Below are positions 47,883-55,605 of a stretch of 64,000 nucleotides of DNA, one piece after another. Source of the stretch: Planctomycetota bacterium (GTDB lineage: Bacteria > Planctomycetota > Phycisphaerae > Phycisphaerales > UBA1924). A program made the position numbers and the translations under genes. The DNA is taken from assembly GCA_033763975.1 (NCBI GenBank), contig JANRJM010000013.1:312603-376602 (forward strand). Direction: 5' to 3'. The stretch's first letter is position 1; each line of letters begins with the position of its first letter. The notes under the pieces were generated by a model that had not been told where the DNA came from, ran no database searches, and saw only the letters and a program-made list of their open reading frames with translations.

Positions 47883-49349
47883 TCAGTCCGTCAACTGCCC
47901 GAACACGACCAGCACGAGCGTCATGATCGTCGCGTTGTGCAGCGAGTGCGCCACGATCGGCCCGATCAGGCTGCCGCGCCATTCGCGCATCAGCGCGAAC
48001 ACGAAGCCGATGGTGATCACCGGCATCAGCAGCAGCACGTCGTACCCGTGCATCACGCCGAACACCAGCGCCGACACCGCCGCCGCCACCAGCACCCCCA
48101 CCCGCGAGCGCAGGTGCCGGTACAGCGCCCCCCGGAACACGAGCTCCTCCGCCAGCGGCGCCCACACCGTCGCGAGCAGGAACAGCAGCACCAACTGGGC
48201 CGTCCCCGCGCCGCCGATGATCTCCACGATCGGGTTCTTGGGCGGCTCGGCGTCGGGCCCGGCGATGAACTGCCGCACGATCACCACCACCATCGACACC
48301 ACCAGCGCCGCCCCCAGCAGCGGCAGGCCCGCCAGGTACCCCACCACGCCCGCGCCGATCTCGCGCAGCACGCCCTGTCCCGAGTGCCAGCCGATCAGCG
48401 TCGCGTGCTCCCGCCACGTCACCCCGCGCAGCAGCGGGTACAGCGGCACCAGCAGCAGCAGCCACTGCCCGGCCAGCGCCGCCGTCATCGCCCACGCCGG
48501 CGGATCGCCCGCGCCCGCCACCAGCGACACCACCACGCCCATCCCCACCTTGAACACCAGGAACGCGCCCACAAACACCGCCAGCATCTCGAGATACACG
48601 CTCCCCCCGGGCGCCGGCGGCACGAACGCCCTGCGCACCTGCCCGTTCGACAGGCGCACGATGGCAATGATGAACAGCACCAGCCCAAGCAGCATGGCGC
48701 ACACCGCCGCCAACCCGAACCCGCCCAGCACCGCGATCAGCAGCAGCCCGCCCCCGACCACGTCCGCACGGGCGGCGCTCGACGCCGGCTCATCATGCAC
48801 CAGCAGCAGCCGCGCGAACCACCCGTGCCGGTCGAGCAGGCGCTGCCGCGCCGTGTCGTCGAGCGCCGCCGCACCCTCCGCGTAGACCCGCCGCGCCTGC
48901 TCGATGTCCTCCGCCAGCCCCTCGGGCGCCAAGTGCGCTTCGTGTCCTTCGCCGATCTGCTCATCCAACTGGTCCAGCCGCTCCAGCGCCTTCTCCTCGC
49001 CCTGGATTTCTCCCGCCGCGACCGCCGCCCGGAACATGTCCACGGGCGTCTTGGCCGATTGGTCGACCTGCTGCATCGCCGTCACCCGATCCGACGCCTG
49101 CATGGGCAACGCGTTGGCGAACTTCACCCACAGACGGGCCGCCATGCTCCCCGGATCGAGCCCCGGCGGCGTCACTTCCGCCGCGGGCGTCTGGGGCGCC
49201 GGGGGCGATAGATAGTGCTCCGCCTGGTTCAGCCCGATGACCAGCAGCACGAGCACCGTCGACGCCACCCACGCCCACCGCGCCCACGTACGATTGCCGG
49301 GGTCCGGGGTCCGAACAGAGTGCTGGTCCATGGGGCCATCATCGGCCAC
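47883..49349 (-). CDS. CPBP/Abi family intramembrane glutamic endopeptidase
   Basis: APLAEELVFRGALY, FGVMH, HSLHN; extracytoplasmic helical N-terminal domain; start uncertain. Confidence 0.87.
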   Translation of the reverse strand: MADDGPMDQHSVRTPDPGNRTWARWAWVASTVLVLLVIGLNQAEHYLSPPAPQTPAAEVTPPGLDPGSMAARLWVKFANALPMQASDRVTAMQQVDQSAKTPVDMFRAAVAAGEIQGEEKALERLDQLDEQIGEGHEAHLAPEGLAEDIEQARRVYAEGAAALDDTARQRLLDRHGWFARLLLVHDEPASSAARADVVGGGLLLIAVLGGFGLAAVCAMLLGLVLFIIAIVRLSNGQVRRAFVPPAPGGSVYLEMLAVFVGAFLVFKVGMGVVVSLVAGAGDPPAWAMTAALAGQWLLLLVPLYPLLRGVTWREHATLIGWHSGQGVLREIGAGVVGYLAGLPLLGAALVVSMVVVIVRQFIAGPDAEPPKNPIVEIIGGAGTAQLVLLFLLATVWAPLAEELVFRGALYRHLRSRVGVLVAAAVSALVFGVMHGYDVLLLMPVITIGFVFALMREWRGSLIGPIVAHSLHNATIMTLVLVVFGQLTD

Positions 49350-49405
49350 GCGCCCGCGCGCAGCAAGCCACGCCCCCCCGGATTCCGACCCCCGCCGGCA
49401 CCCGC

Positions 49406-49434
49406 TTGTCGCGCCGATCTCGCCCGCCTAGCAT
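49406..49434 (+). promoter_or_regulatory. sigma70-type promoter of rplM-rpsI
   Basis: TTGTCG (49406-49411), 17-nt spacer, TAGCAT (49429-49434). Confidence 0.6.
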
Positions 49435-49623
49435 CCCCCCTGTCCGAGTTTGAGCGGCCAAGGGATGGCCGCCACAGTCCGCGACAACGTTTGCCGCCCG
49501 CGCGTTCGGAGAACTCGCACGCGGCCCGCCCCGCCCGGTAGGCGGCGATCTGGATCGGCCCCGCGGGGTTCGGTCGGCGGCCTTGCCGTCGCACTTCCCC
49601 CCGCAGCGCCGAGGAGGCTCTCG

Positions 49624-50067
49624 ATGTCCCGCCGTCAAACCTACCTCGCCAAGACCGGCGAAATGACCAAGACCTGGCGCATCGTCGACGCCGAAGGCGT
49701 GCCCCTGGGCCGCCTCGCCGCCGAAATCGCCATGGTCCTCATGGGCAAGCACCGCCCCGAGTACACCCCCCACGTCGACACCGGCGAGGGCGTGATCGTC
49801 ACGAACGCGACGAAGGTGGTCCTCACCGGGCGCAAGGCCGAGCAGCGCGTGTACATGTGGTACACCAAGTACCCCGGCGGTCACAAGGCCCGCTCGTACG
49901 GGCACCTGCGCGAGCACACCCCCGAGCTGCTCATCCAGAACGCCGTCCGCCGCATGCTGCCCAAGAATCGCCTGTCGCGCGTCATGATGAAGAACCTCCG
50001 CGTCGCCGCCGGCGCCGAGCACGAGTTCGCCAACCTCAGCCCCAGCGAACTCAAGGTGAACGCCTGA
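49624..50067 (+). CDS. rplM: 50S ribosomal protein L13
   Basis: WRIVDAEGVPLGRLA, GKHRPEYTPHVDTG, YPGG, MLPKNRL; SD GAGGAGG. Confidence 0.97.
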   Translation: MSRRQTYLAKTGEMTKTWRIVDAEGVPLGRLAAEIAMVLMGKHRPEYTPHVDTGEGVIVTNATKVVLTGRKAEQRVYMWYTKYPGGHKARSYGHLREHTPELLIQNAVRRMLPKNRLSRVMMKNLRVAAGAEHEFANLSPSELKVNA

Positions 50068-50114
50068 AGTGTGAACACCCGCCGCTTCCCGCGGCGTGAA
50101 AGGGACCGGTCCGA

Positions 50115-50618
50115 ATGAGCACGATTCCGTCCATCCAGATGCCCGGCTTGACGCCCACGGAACCACCGGCATCCACTCGCCCGCCCAAGGTCGCCAAGCC
50201 CGCCGACAAGCGCGGTTGGTGGTGGGGCACGGGGCGTCGCAAGACCGCGGTCGCCCGCGTCCGCATCCGGCCGGCCTCCGGCCAGCCGGTGTTCGAGATC
50301 CTCGGCACCGCCGGCAAGAAGAAGACCCCCGAGGTCTTCTTCTGCGAGGAGCGCGACCGCGCCGATTGCTACGCCGCCTTCAAGGTCGCCAACATGGAAG
50401 GCAAGTTCGAGGTCCAGGCCACCGTCCACGGCGGGGGCTTCATGGGCCAGGCGCAGGCCATCCGCCTCGGCATCGCCCGCGCCCTGCGCGATTACGACCC
50501 CTCCGTCGAGGGGGCGCTCCGCGACGCCGGGTTCCTCACCCGCGACTCGCGCGAGGTCGAACGCAAGAAGTACGGCCAGGCCGGCGCCCGCCGCCGCTTC
50601 CAGTTCAGCAAGCGCTGA
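50115..50618 (+). CDS. rpsI: 30S ribosomal protein S9
   Basis: GTGRRKTAVARV, VHGGGFMGQAQAIRLGIARAL, TRDSREVERKKYG..GARRRFQFSKR. Confidence 0.97.
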   Translation: MSTIPSIQMPGLTPTEPPASTRPPKVAKPADKRGWWWGTGRRKTAVARVRIRPASGQPVFEILGTAGKKKTPEVFFCEERDRADCYAAFKVANMEGKFEVQATVHGGGFMGQAQAIRLGIARALRDYDPSVEGALRDAGFLTRDSREVERKKYGQAGARRRFQFSKR

Positions 50619-50656
50619 TCAGAGGCCACCCGCCTCATCCCTAATCCGTCGCACGC

Positions 50657-50684
50657 AACGCCCCGCACCCGCGGGGCGTTTTTC
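50657..50684 (+). terminator. Intrinsic terminator of rplM-rpsI
   Basis: AACGCCCCGC-ACCC-GCGGGGCGTT followed by TTT. Confidence 0.88.
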
Positions 50685-50735
50685 ATTCCCCGCGTCTCCA
50701 CTTCCCCCTCCCGACCTCCTTGCTTTCTTCATGCC

Positions 50736-50823
50736 TTGCCTCCCTGCCTCGCTGTCTCGGTGTCTCCCTGCCTCGCTGTCTCCCTGCCTCACTGCCTCGC
50801 TGTCTCGCTGTCTCGCTTCTCTC
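50736..50823 (+). repeat. Intergenic 8-bp tandem repeat, consensus CTG(C/T)CTC(G/C), about 11 copies
   Basis: TTGCCTCC CTGCCTCG CTGTCTCG GTGTCTCC CTGCCTCG CTGTCTCC CTGCCTCA CTGCCTCG CTGTCTCG CTGTCTCG CTTCTCTC. Confidence 0.92.
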
Positions 50824-50829
50824 ACGCCG

Positions 50830-50835
50830 TACCAT
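50830..50835 (+). promoter_or_regulatory. Leaderless-type -10 box of lptB
   Basis: TACCAT 6 nt before ATG 50842. Confidence 0.55.
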
Positions 50836-50841
50836 GTCGCC

Positions 50842-51612
50842 ATGCCCCTCCTGCACGCCCAGCACCTGCGCAAGACCTACGGCGGGCGGGTGGTGGTCGA
50901 CGACGTGTCCTTCGGCGTGGATCGTGCCGAGGTCATGGGCATCCTGGGGCGCAACGGCGCGGGCAAGACCACGTCGTTCCGCATGACGATCGGCATGATC
51001 GACCCCGACCCGGGCGACACCAAGGTCTACTTCGACGGGCGCGACGTCTCGCGCCTGCCCATGTACAAGCGGGCGCGCCTCGGGATGGGGTACTTGAGCC
51101 AGGAGCCCAGCGTGTTCGGGCGGCTGTCATGCCGCGAGAACCTGCTGGCCATTCTCGAGACGCTGCCCCTCAACCGGCGAGACCGCCTCGCGCGGGCCGA
51201 CGCGCTGCTCGAGCAGTTCGCGCTCTCGCACAAGTCGCGTCACGCGGCCCGGACGTGCTCGGGGGGCGAACGGCGCAAGCTCGAGATCGCCCGCGCCCTC
51301 GTCACCGAGCCGCGACTGATCCTGCTCGACGAGCCGTTCAGCGGCGTGGACCCCATCGCCGTCGAGGACCTGCAGGCCGAGGTGCGCCGACTCGCCGACC
51401 GGGGCATCGCGTTCCTCATCACCGACCACAACGTGCAGCAGACGCTGCGCGTGTGCGATCGCGCGGTGATCATCGACGCCGGGCGCACGCTCGCCGAGGG
51501 CACGCCCCGCGCGCTCATCAACGACCCGCTCGTGCGTCGCGCCTACCTCGGAAACCTCTTCCGGGGCGATGAGTTCGACGACCTCGTGGGCATGCAGCGG
51601 GAGCGGGCATGA
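50842..51612 (+). CDS. lptB: LPS export ABC transporter ATP-binding protein
   Basis: GRNGAGKTTSFRM, LPMYKRARLGMGYLSQEPSVF, SGGERRKLEIARAL, LDEPFSGVDPIAV, LITDHNV. Confidence 0.92.
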   Translation: MPLLHAQHLRKTYGGRVVVDDVSFGVDRAEVMGILGRNGAGKTTSFRMTIGMIDPDPGDTKVYFDGRDVSRLPMYKRARLGMGYLSQEPSVFGRLSCRENLLAILETLPLNRRDRLARADALLEQFALSHKSRHAARTCSGGERRKLEIARALVTEPRLILLDEPFSGVDPIAVEDLQAEVRRLADRGIAFLITDHNVQQTLRVCDRAVIIDAGRTLAEGTPRALINDPLVRRAYLGNLFRGDEFDDLVGMQRERA

Positions 51613-52070
51613 GCATGGCCAGACGCCTGGTCGACGTGCGTACCCGTGCGCGTCCGCGTGCACGCGCCGTCGCGTGCGTGCTGGCGGTGTGCGCCGCCGG
51701 CGGGTGCATGCGGCGCACGATCGTCGTCACGTCCGACCCTCCGGGCGCCACGGTCGTGCTGAGCGACGTCGAGGTCGGACGCACGCCCGTCGAGGCCGAG
51801 TTCCTCTACTACGGCACGTACGACGTGCTCCTCACCAAGGACGGGTTCGAGCCCCTGCGCACCGCGGCCCGGGCATCGCCCCCCGTGTACGACATCCCGC
51901 CGCTGGATCTTCCGGCGAGCGCCGTGCCGGGCGCACGCTCCACCATCCGCTGGCACTTCACGCTCGAGCCCGCGCTCGAGTCTCGCCTGCCCAAGGCGGA
52001 GCTCGAGGCCGGCGTGCTCGATCGGGCCCGCGCATTGCGATCTGCCGAGCCCGCCCCGCGCACGCCGTGA
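51609..52070 (+). CDS. PEGA-domain lipoprotein
   Basis: Lipobox AGGC; TSDPPGATV...VGRTPV...YGTYDVLLTKDGFEP; ATGA overlap with lptB. Confidence 0.8.
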   Translation: MSMARRLVDVRTRARPRARAVACVLAVCAAGGCMRRTIVVTSDPPGATVVLSDVEVGRTPVEAEFLYYGTYDVLLTKDGFEPLRTAARASPPVYDIPPLDLPASAVPGARSTIRWHFTLEPALESRLPKAELEAGVLDRARALRSAEPAPRTP

Positions 52071-52116
52071 GCCCCGCTTCATGTCTACGTAGTCCTGCGC
52101 AAACCCCCGGGATGCA

Positions 52117-52122
52117 TAGGAT
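52117..52122 (+). promoter_or_regulatory. Leaderless-type -10 box of the MarR gene
   Basis: TAGGAT 5 nt before GTG 52128. Confidence 0.55.
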
Positions 52123-52127
52123 TCTCC

Positions 52128-52655
52128 GTGACACGGCATCCGACTGAAGTTGACACGCGGTCGCCGTTGGCGAAGGCAATTCACAAGACGACCGACTTCT
52201 CAAGCCCCGAGCAGGAAGCGTATCTCAACCTCATCCGCACCGCGGCCCAGTTCTCAATCTCGTTCGAACGCCTGTTCAAGTCGCACGGGCTGAGCGAGTC
52301 GACGTACAACATCCTGCGCATCCTGCGCGGCACCGGAGGCCGCGGACTTTCGTGCGGCCAGATCGGCGCTCGCATGGTCGCGCGCGTCCCCGACCTCACG
52401 CGGCTCATCGACCGCCTCGAACGCGCCGGGCTCGCCGAACGGGCACGCGACGCGTCCGATCGACGCATCGTGCTGGCCACCATCACGCCCGGAGGCCTTC
52501 AGACGCTCGCCCGGCTCGACCAGCCCGTGCTCGACCTGCACCGACAGCAGTTGAGTCACATGTCGGATGAAGATCTCGGAACACTCAACCGCCTCCTTGT
52601 GGCGGCACGGCGCGAAGGCGACGCAACGCCCGCTGCATCCGACGGCGAACTCTGA
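52128..52655 (+). CDS. MarR family transcriptional regulator
   Basis: GLSESTYNILRILRG, PDLTRLIDRLERAGLAER, DRRIVLATIT. Confidence 0.92.
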   Translation: MTRHPTEVDTRSPLAKAIHKTTDFSSPEQEAYLNLIRTAAQFSISFERLFKSHGLSESTYNILRILRGTGGRGLSCGQIGARMVARVPDLTRLIDRLERAGLAERARDASDRRIVLATITPGGLQTLARLDQPVLDLHRQQLSHMSDEDLGTLNRLLVAARREGDATPAASDGEL

Positions 52656-52810
52656 CGAACGAAGTGTCGGGCTGACCGTCCCGCTTCGTCGGGCCGCCAA
52701 AAATCCGCTACAACGCCCGTGAACACACAGGTCGTTGAAACAGTATTATGATCAGCTCGCGAGCGGGCTGGCCGGAGAAAACGCCGCTCGCGACGCGTGG
52801 AGGGTCTGTC

Positions 52811-53509
52811 ATGGTGACCGTTCGTTCGTCGGAGGCTCGCGGGGCGTTCAACTTCGGATGGCTTGACACGAAGCACACGTTCAGTTTCGGTGAATATCAC
52901 GACCCGGAGCACATGCGGTTCTCGGCGCTGCGCGTCATCAACGAGGACGTCGTGGCGCCGGGGCAGGGCTTCGGGCGTCATCCGCACCGCGAGATGGAGA
53001 TCATCACCTACGTGCTCTCGGGCGCGCTGCGCCACGAAGATTCCAGCGGCGGGGGCGGGGTGATGCGCCCGGGCGACGTGCAGCGCATGTCCGCCGGCAC
53101 CGGCGTGACCCACAGCGAGTTCAACGACAGCGACACCGAGCCCGTGCACCTGCTGCAGATCTGGATCCGCCCGAACGTCCGCGACGTGCCGCCCCGCTAC
53201 GGACAGATTTCGGTCCCCGAGCACGAGCGCCAGGGACGCCTGCGCGTCGTCGCCTCGCCCGACGGACGCGAGGGATCGCTGCCCATCTACCAGGACGCCA
53301 CGGTCATGGCGACGCTGCTGGCGCCGGGAGAGTCGGTCACGCACAATCTGCCCGACCGGCGCAGCGCCTGGGTGCAGGTGGCGCGGGGCGAGGTCACGCT
53401 CAACGGGCAGACGCTGCGGGCGGGCGACGGGGCCGGGCTGACCGGCGAGCGCGCCGTGACGCTGCGCGCCGTGGCGCCGGCCGAGGTGCTGGTGTTCGAC
53501 CTGCCGTAG
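52811..53509 (+). CDS. Pirin family protein (YhhW-like)
   Basis: GWLDTKHTFSF, LRVINED, GFGRHPHREMEIITYV, QRMSAGTGVTHSE, LLQIWI. Confidence 0.94.
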   Translation: MVTVRSSEARGAFNFGWLDTKHTFSFGEYHDPEHMRFSALRVINEDVVAPGQGFGRHPHREMEIITYVLSGALRHEDSSGGGGVMRPGDVQRMSAGTGVTHSEFNDSDTEPVHLLQIWIRPNVRDVPPRYGQISVPEHERQGRLRVVASPDGREGSLPIYQDATVMATLLAPGESVTHNLPDRRSAWVQVARGEVTLNGQTLRAGDGAGLTGERAVTLRAVAPAEVLVFDLP

Positions 53510-53539
53510 GCGTCCGCGGCGTTCTCGCGGGCGTCGGGG

Positions 53540-53545
53540 TACGCT
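53540..53545 (+). promoter_or_regulatory. Leaderless-type -10 box of the DedA-like gene
   Basis: TACGCT 6 nt before GTG 53552. Confidence 0.55.
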
Positions 53546-53551
53546 CCGGGC

Positions 53552-54415
53552 GTGAACGACGCTCCGTCTCCGCACACGCCGCCGGCCACGTCTGACGAGG
53601 CTTCCGCTTCGGCCCGCGCGTCCGGCCACACGTTTGACGACACGCCGGCACAGGCCTCGGCGCCGACGCCGGGCATGCCCGACGAGCGGACGCTGATGGA
53701 GAAGTTGGGGGCCGCCGGGCCGCTGGCGATCGCGTCGGCGATCCTGCCGTTGCTCGGCTCGCTCGTGCTGTTCGCGAACGCCGACGCCGTGCGCGATGCG
53801 CTGCGGGCGCAGGGCGAGCTCGGGTGGGCGACGTTCGTGATCGGGTTCGCGGTGCTGTCGGGGCTGGCGCTGCTGCCGACGTACGCGCAGTCGGGGATGG
53901 CGGGGTACATCTTCGGGGCGGCGTGGGGGGCGGCCGGGGCGGTGCTGGGGTGCGTGGGCGGCGCGCTCATCGGGTACGTCGTCGCGCGGACGGTCGCGGG
54001 CGAGCGTGTGAAGCGGGCGGTGCACGAGAACCCCAAGTGGAAGGCCGCGAGCGAGGCGCTGCTGGGCGAGTCGCACTCGTTGCGGCGCACGACGGGGATG
54101 GTGTCGCTGATCCGCCTGCCGCCGAACTCGCCGTTCGCCATCACGAACCTGGCGATGGCGGGGCTGCGGGTACGCCCGGACGCGTACATGATCGGGACGC
54201 TGGTGGGCATCACGCCCCGCACGGTGCTGGCGGCGTTCATCGGCGCGGGCGTGCAGGAGACGTTCACGCGCGAATCGTGGAGCCAGGCCATGCCGCCGGT
54301 CGTGTTCTACGGCGCCATCGGGCTGGGCCTGGTGGTCGTGTTCATCATCGGGCGGATCGCGATGCGGGCCGTGGACCGGGCGGCCCAGCAGGCCGGCGGC
54401 ACGCCTAGTACCTAG
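53552..54415 (+). CDS. TVP38/TMEM64 (DedA/VTT) family membrane protein
   Basis: AGYIFGAAWG, LIRLPPNSPFAITN, YMIGTLVGITP. Confidence 0.85.
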   Translation: MNDAPSPHTPPATSDEASASARASGHTFDDTPAQASAPTPGMPDERTLMEKLGAAGPLAIASAILPLLGSLVLFANADAVRDALRAQGELGWATFVIGFAVLSGLALLPTYAQSGMAGYIFGAAWGAAGAVLGCVGGALIGYVVARTVAGERVKRAVHENPKWKAASEALLGESHSLRRTTGMVSLIRLPPNSPFAITNLAMAGLRVRPDAYMIGTLVGITPRTVLAAFIGAGVQETFTRESWSQAMPPVVFYGAIGLGLVVVFIIGRIAMRAVDRAAQQAGGTPST

Positions 54416-54457
54416 CCCCTAGTGCCGAATGCCTCATGCCTGATGCCGACTGCCTGA
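54402..54457 (+). repeat. 7-bp tandem repeat, consensus TGCCT(A/G)(G/A), 8 copies
   Basis: CGCCTAG TACCTAG CCCCTAG TGCCGAA TGCCTCA TGCCTGA TGCCGAC TGCCTGA. Confidence 0.82.
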
Positions 54458-54477
54458 CCCCGGGTAAGCCGTCCCGG

Positions 54478-55218
54478 CTACTCGGGCATGCGCCAGACGC
54501 GCCCGCACTCCGGGCAGCGCTTCATGCCCAGGTCGGCGGGCGTGCCCCGGATGTCGTAGCGGCATGCGGGGCACACGCCCCGGCGGAGCGTGCCGGCCCG
54601 GCGGGCCCGCCACGCAGACACCACGGCGAACGGGATGTTCGAGATGGCCCACAACGCCACGAGCGCGAACAGCACGTCGTGCGCCGGGCCCCAGTAGGTG
54701 GGCGAGCGCCGGTCGTAGTCGGGCGCGGCACAGTCGGCGGCGAGGTCCGCATGCCCCTGCGCGCCCAGCCACGTGCACATGATGCGCCGCGCCCGGTCGA
54801 TATCCGCCGGGGTGGCCGGCGTGGTGTCGCCCACGCGCTCGACCCACAGCCGCCGCCCGTCGAACTCGTTCCACGGCGCGACGTACCCGGTGCGGCGTGT
54901 GTAGACGACGTACCACACGCGCAGCACGCGGTCGGGGTTCTGGCTGATGGCCTCCGCGATCTCGCCCGCGCTCCCGTCGGGGTACATCACGACCTCGCGC
55001 CCGTCGGCCCACGCCACCACCGTGATATCGAAGGTGCTCTCGCGCGGGCGGTACCGCACCGCGAGACCATCAAGGATCACGCGCCCGGCGATGCTGTCGT
55101 GCCGGAACGCCGCCGTCATCAACGTGACGTCGAGCGCGAGCAGCGCCAGCACCACGCCCGCGCCCACGGGGCGGCGCCCCCACGCGATGATCCCCCGGAT
55201 GACGCGCCGCGTGTTCAC
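54478..55218 (-). CDS. Two-TM membrane protein with C-terminal zinc ribbon
   Basis: Two hydrophobic helices; CPACRYDIRG...RCPECG; TAGCCT box 6 nt before GTG. Confidence 0.75.
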   Translation of the reverse strand: MNTRRVIRGIIAWGRRPVGAGVVLALLALDVTLMTAAFRHDSIAGRVILDGLAVRYRPRESTFDITVVAWADGREVVMYPDGSAGEIAEAISQNPDRVLRVWYVVYTRRTGYVAPWNEFDGRRLWVERVGDTTPATPADIDRARRIMCTWLGAQGHADLAADCAAPDYDRRSPTYWGPAHDVLFALVALWAISNIPFAVVSAWRARRAGTLRRGVCPACRYDIRGTPADLGMKRCPECGRVWRMPE

Positions 55219-55224
55219 GCGAAC

Positions 55225-55294
55225 AGGCTACGGGGCTCCCCCGTCGCGGGTTCGCCCTGCGCCGGGGCGGTGCGCCCCGCGCGCCGGGTACACT
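55225..55294. promoter_or_regulatory. Divergent leaderless-type -10 boxes (zinc-ribbon gene / gatC)
   Basis: TAGCCT (-) 55230-55225, 6 nt before GTG 55218; TACACT (+) 55289-55294, 5 nt before the gatC ATG. Confidence 0.6.
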
Positions 55295-55299
55295 CGCTC

Positions 55300-55605
55300 A
55301 TGGGCGAGTTCACCCCGCAGTACCTCGAACGCCTCGCGGCCCTGGCGCGCCTGCGCATCTACCCGGCCGAGCGCGACGGGCTGCGCGAGTCGCTCGACGC
55401 CATCGTCGCGTACGTCGACCGCCTGCGCGAGGCCGACCTCGCGGGCGTCGAGCCCCTCACGCACGTCGGGGGCGGGGAAAGCCGCCTCGCCGATGACACG
55501 CCCGACGAGCCGCTCCCCGCGAGCGTCCTGCTCGCCATGGCCCCGCAGACCTACGACCAGTTTGTCCGCGTGCCCAAGGTGCTCGGCGACGGGGGCGGGG
55601 CGTGA
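55300..55605 (+). CDS. gatC: Asp/Glu-tRNA amidotransferase subunit C
   Basis: RLAALARL...LDAIVAYVDRLREAD..GVEPLTH...FVRVPKVL; GTGA overlap with gatA. Confidence 0.9.
   Translation: MGEFTPQYLERLAALARLRIYPAERDGLRESLDAIVAYVDRLREADLAGVEPLTHVGGGESRLADDTPDEPLPASVLLAMAPQTYDQFVRVPKVLGDGGGA

Noticed and set aside
50736-50823. Possible CRISPR array
   Set aside because: Units are 8 bp, contiguous and without spacers; no cas genes in the window.
52700-52750. CAACG-N17-CGTTG inverted repeat upstream of pirin as a MarR operator
   Set aside because: Only 5-bp arms; too weak to call without comparative data.
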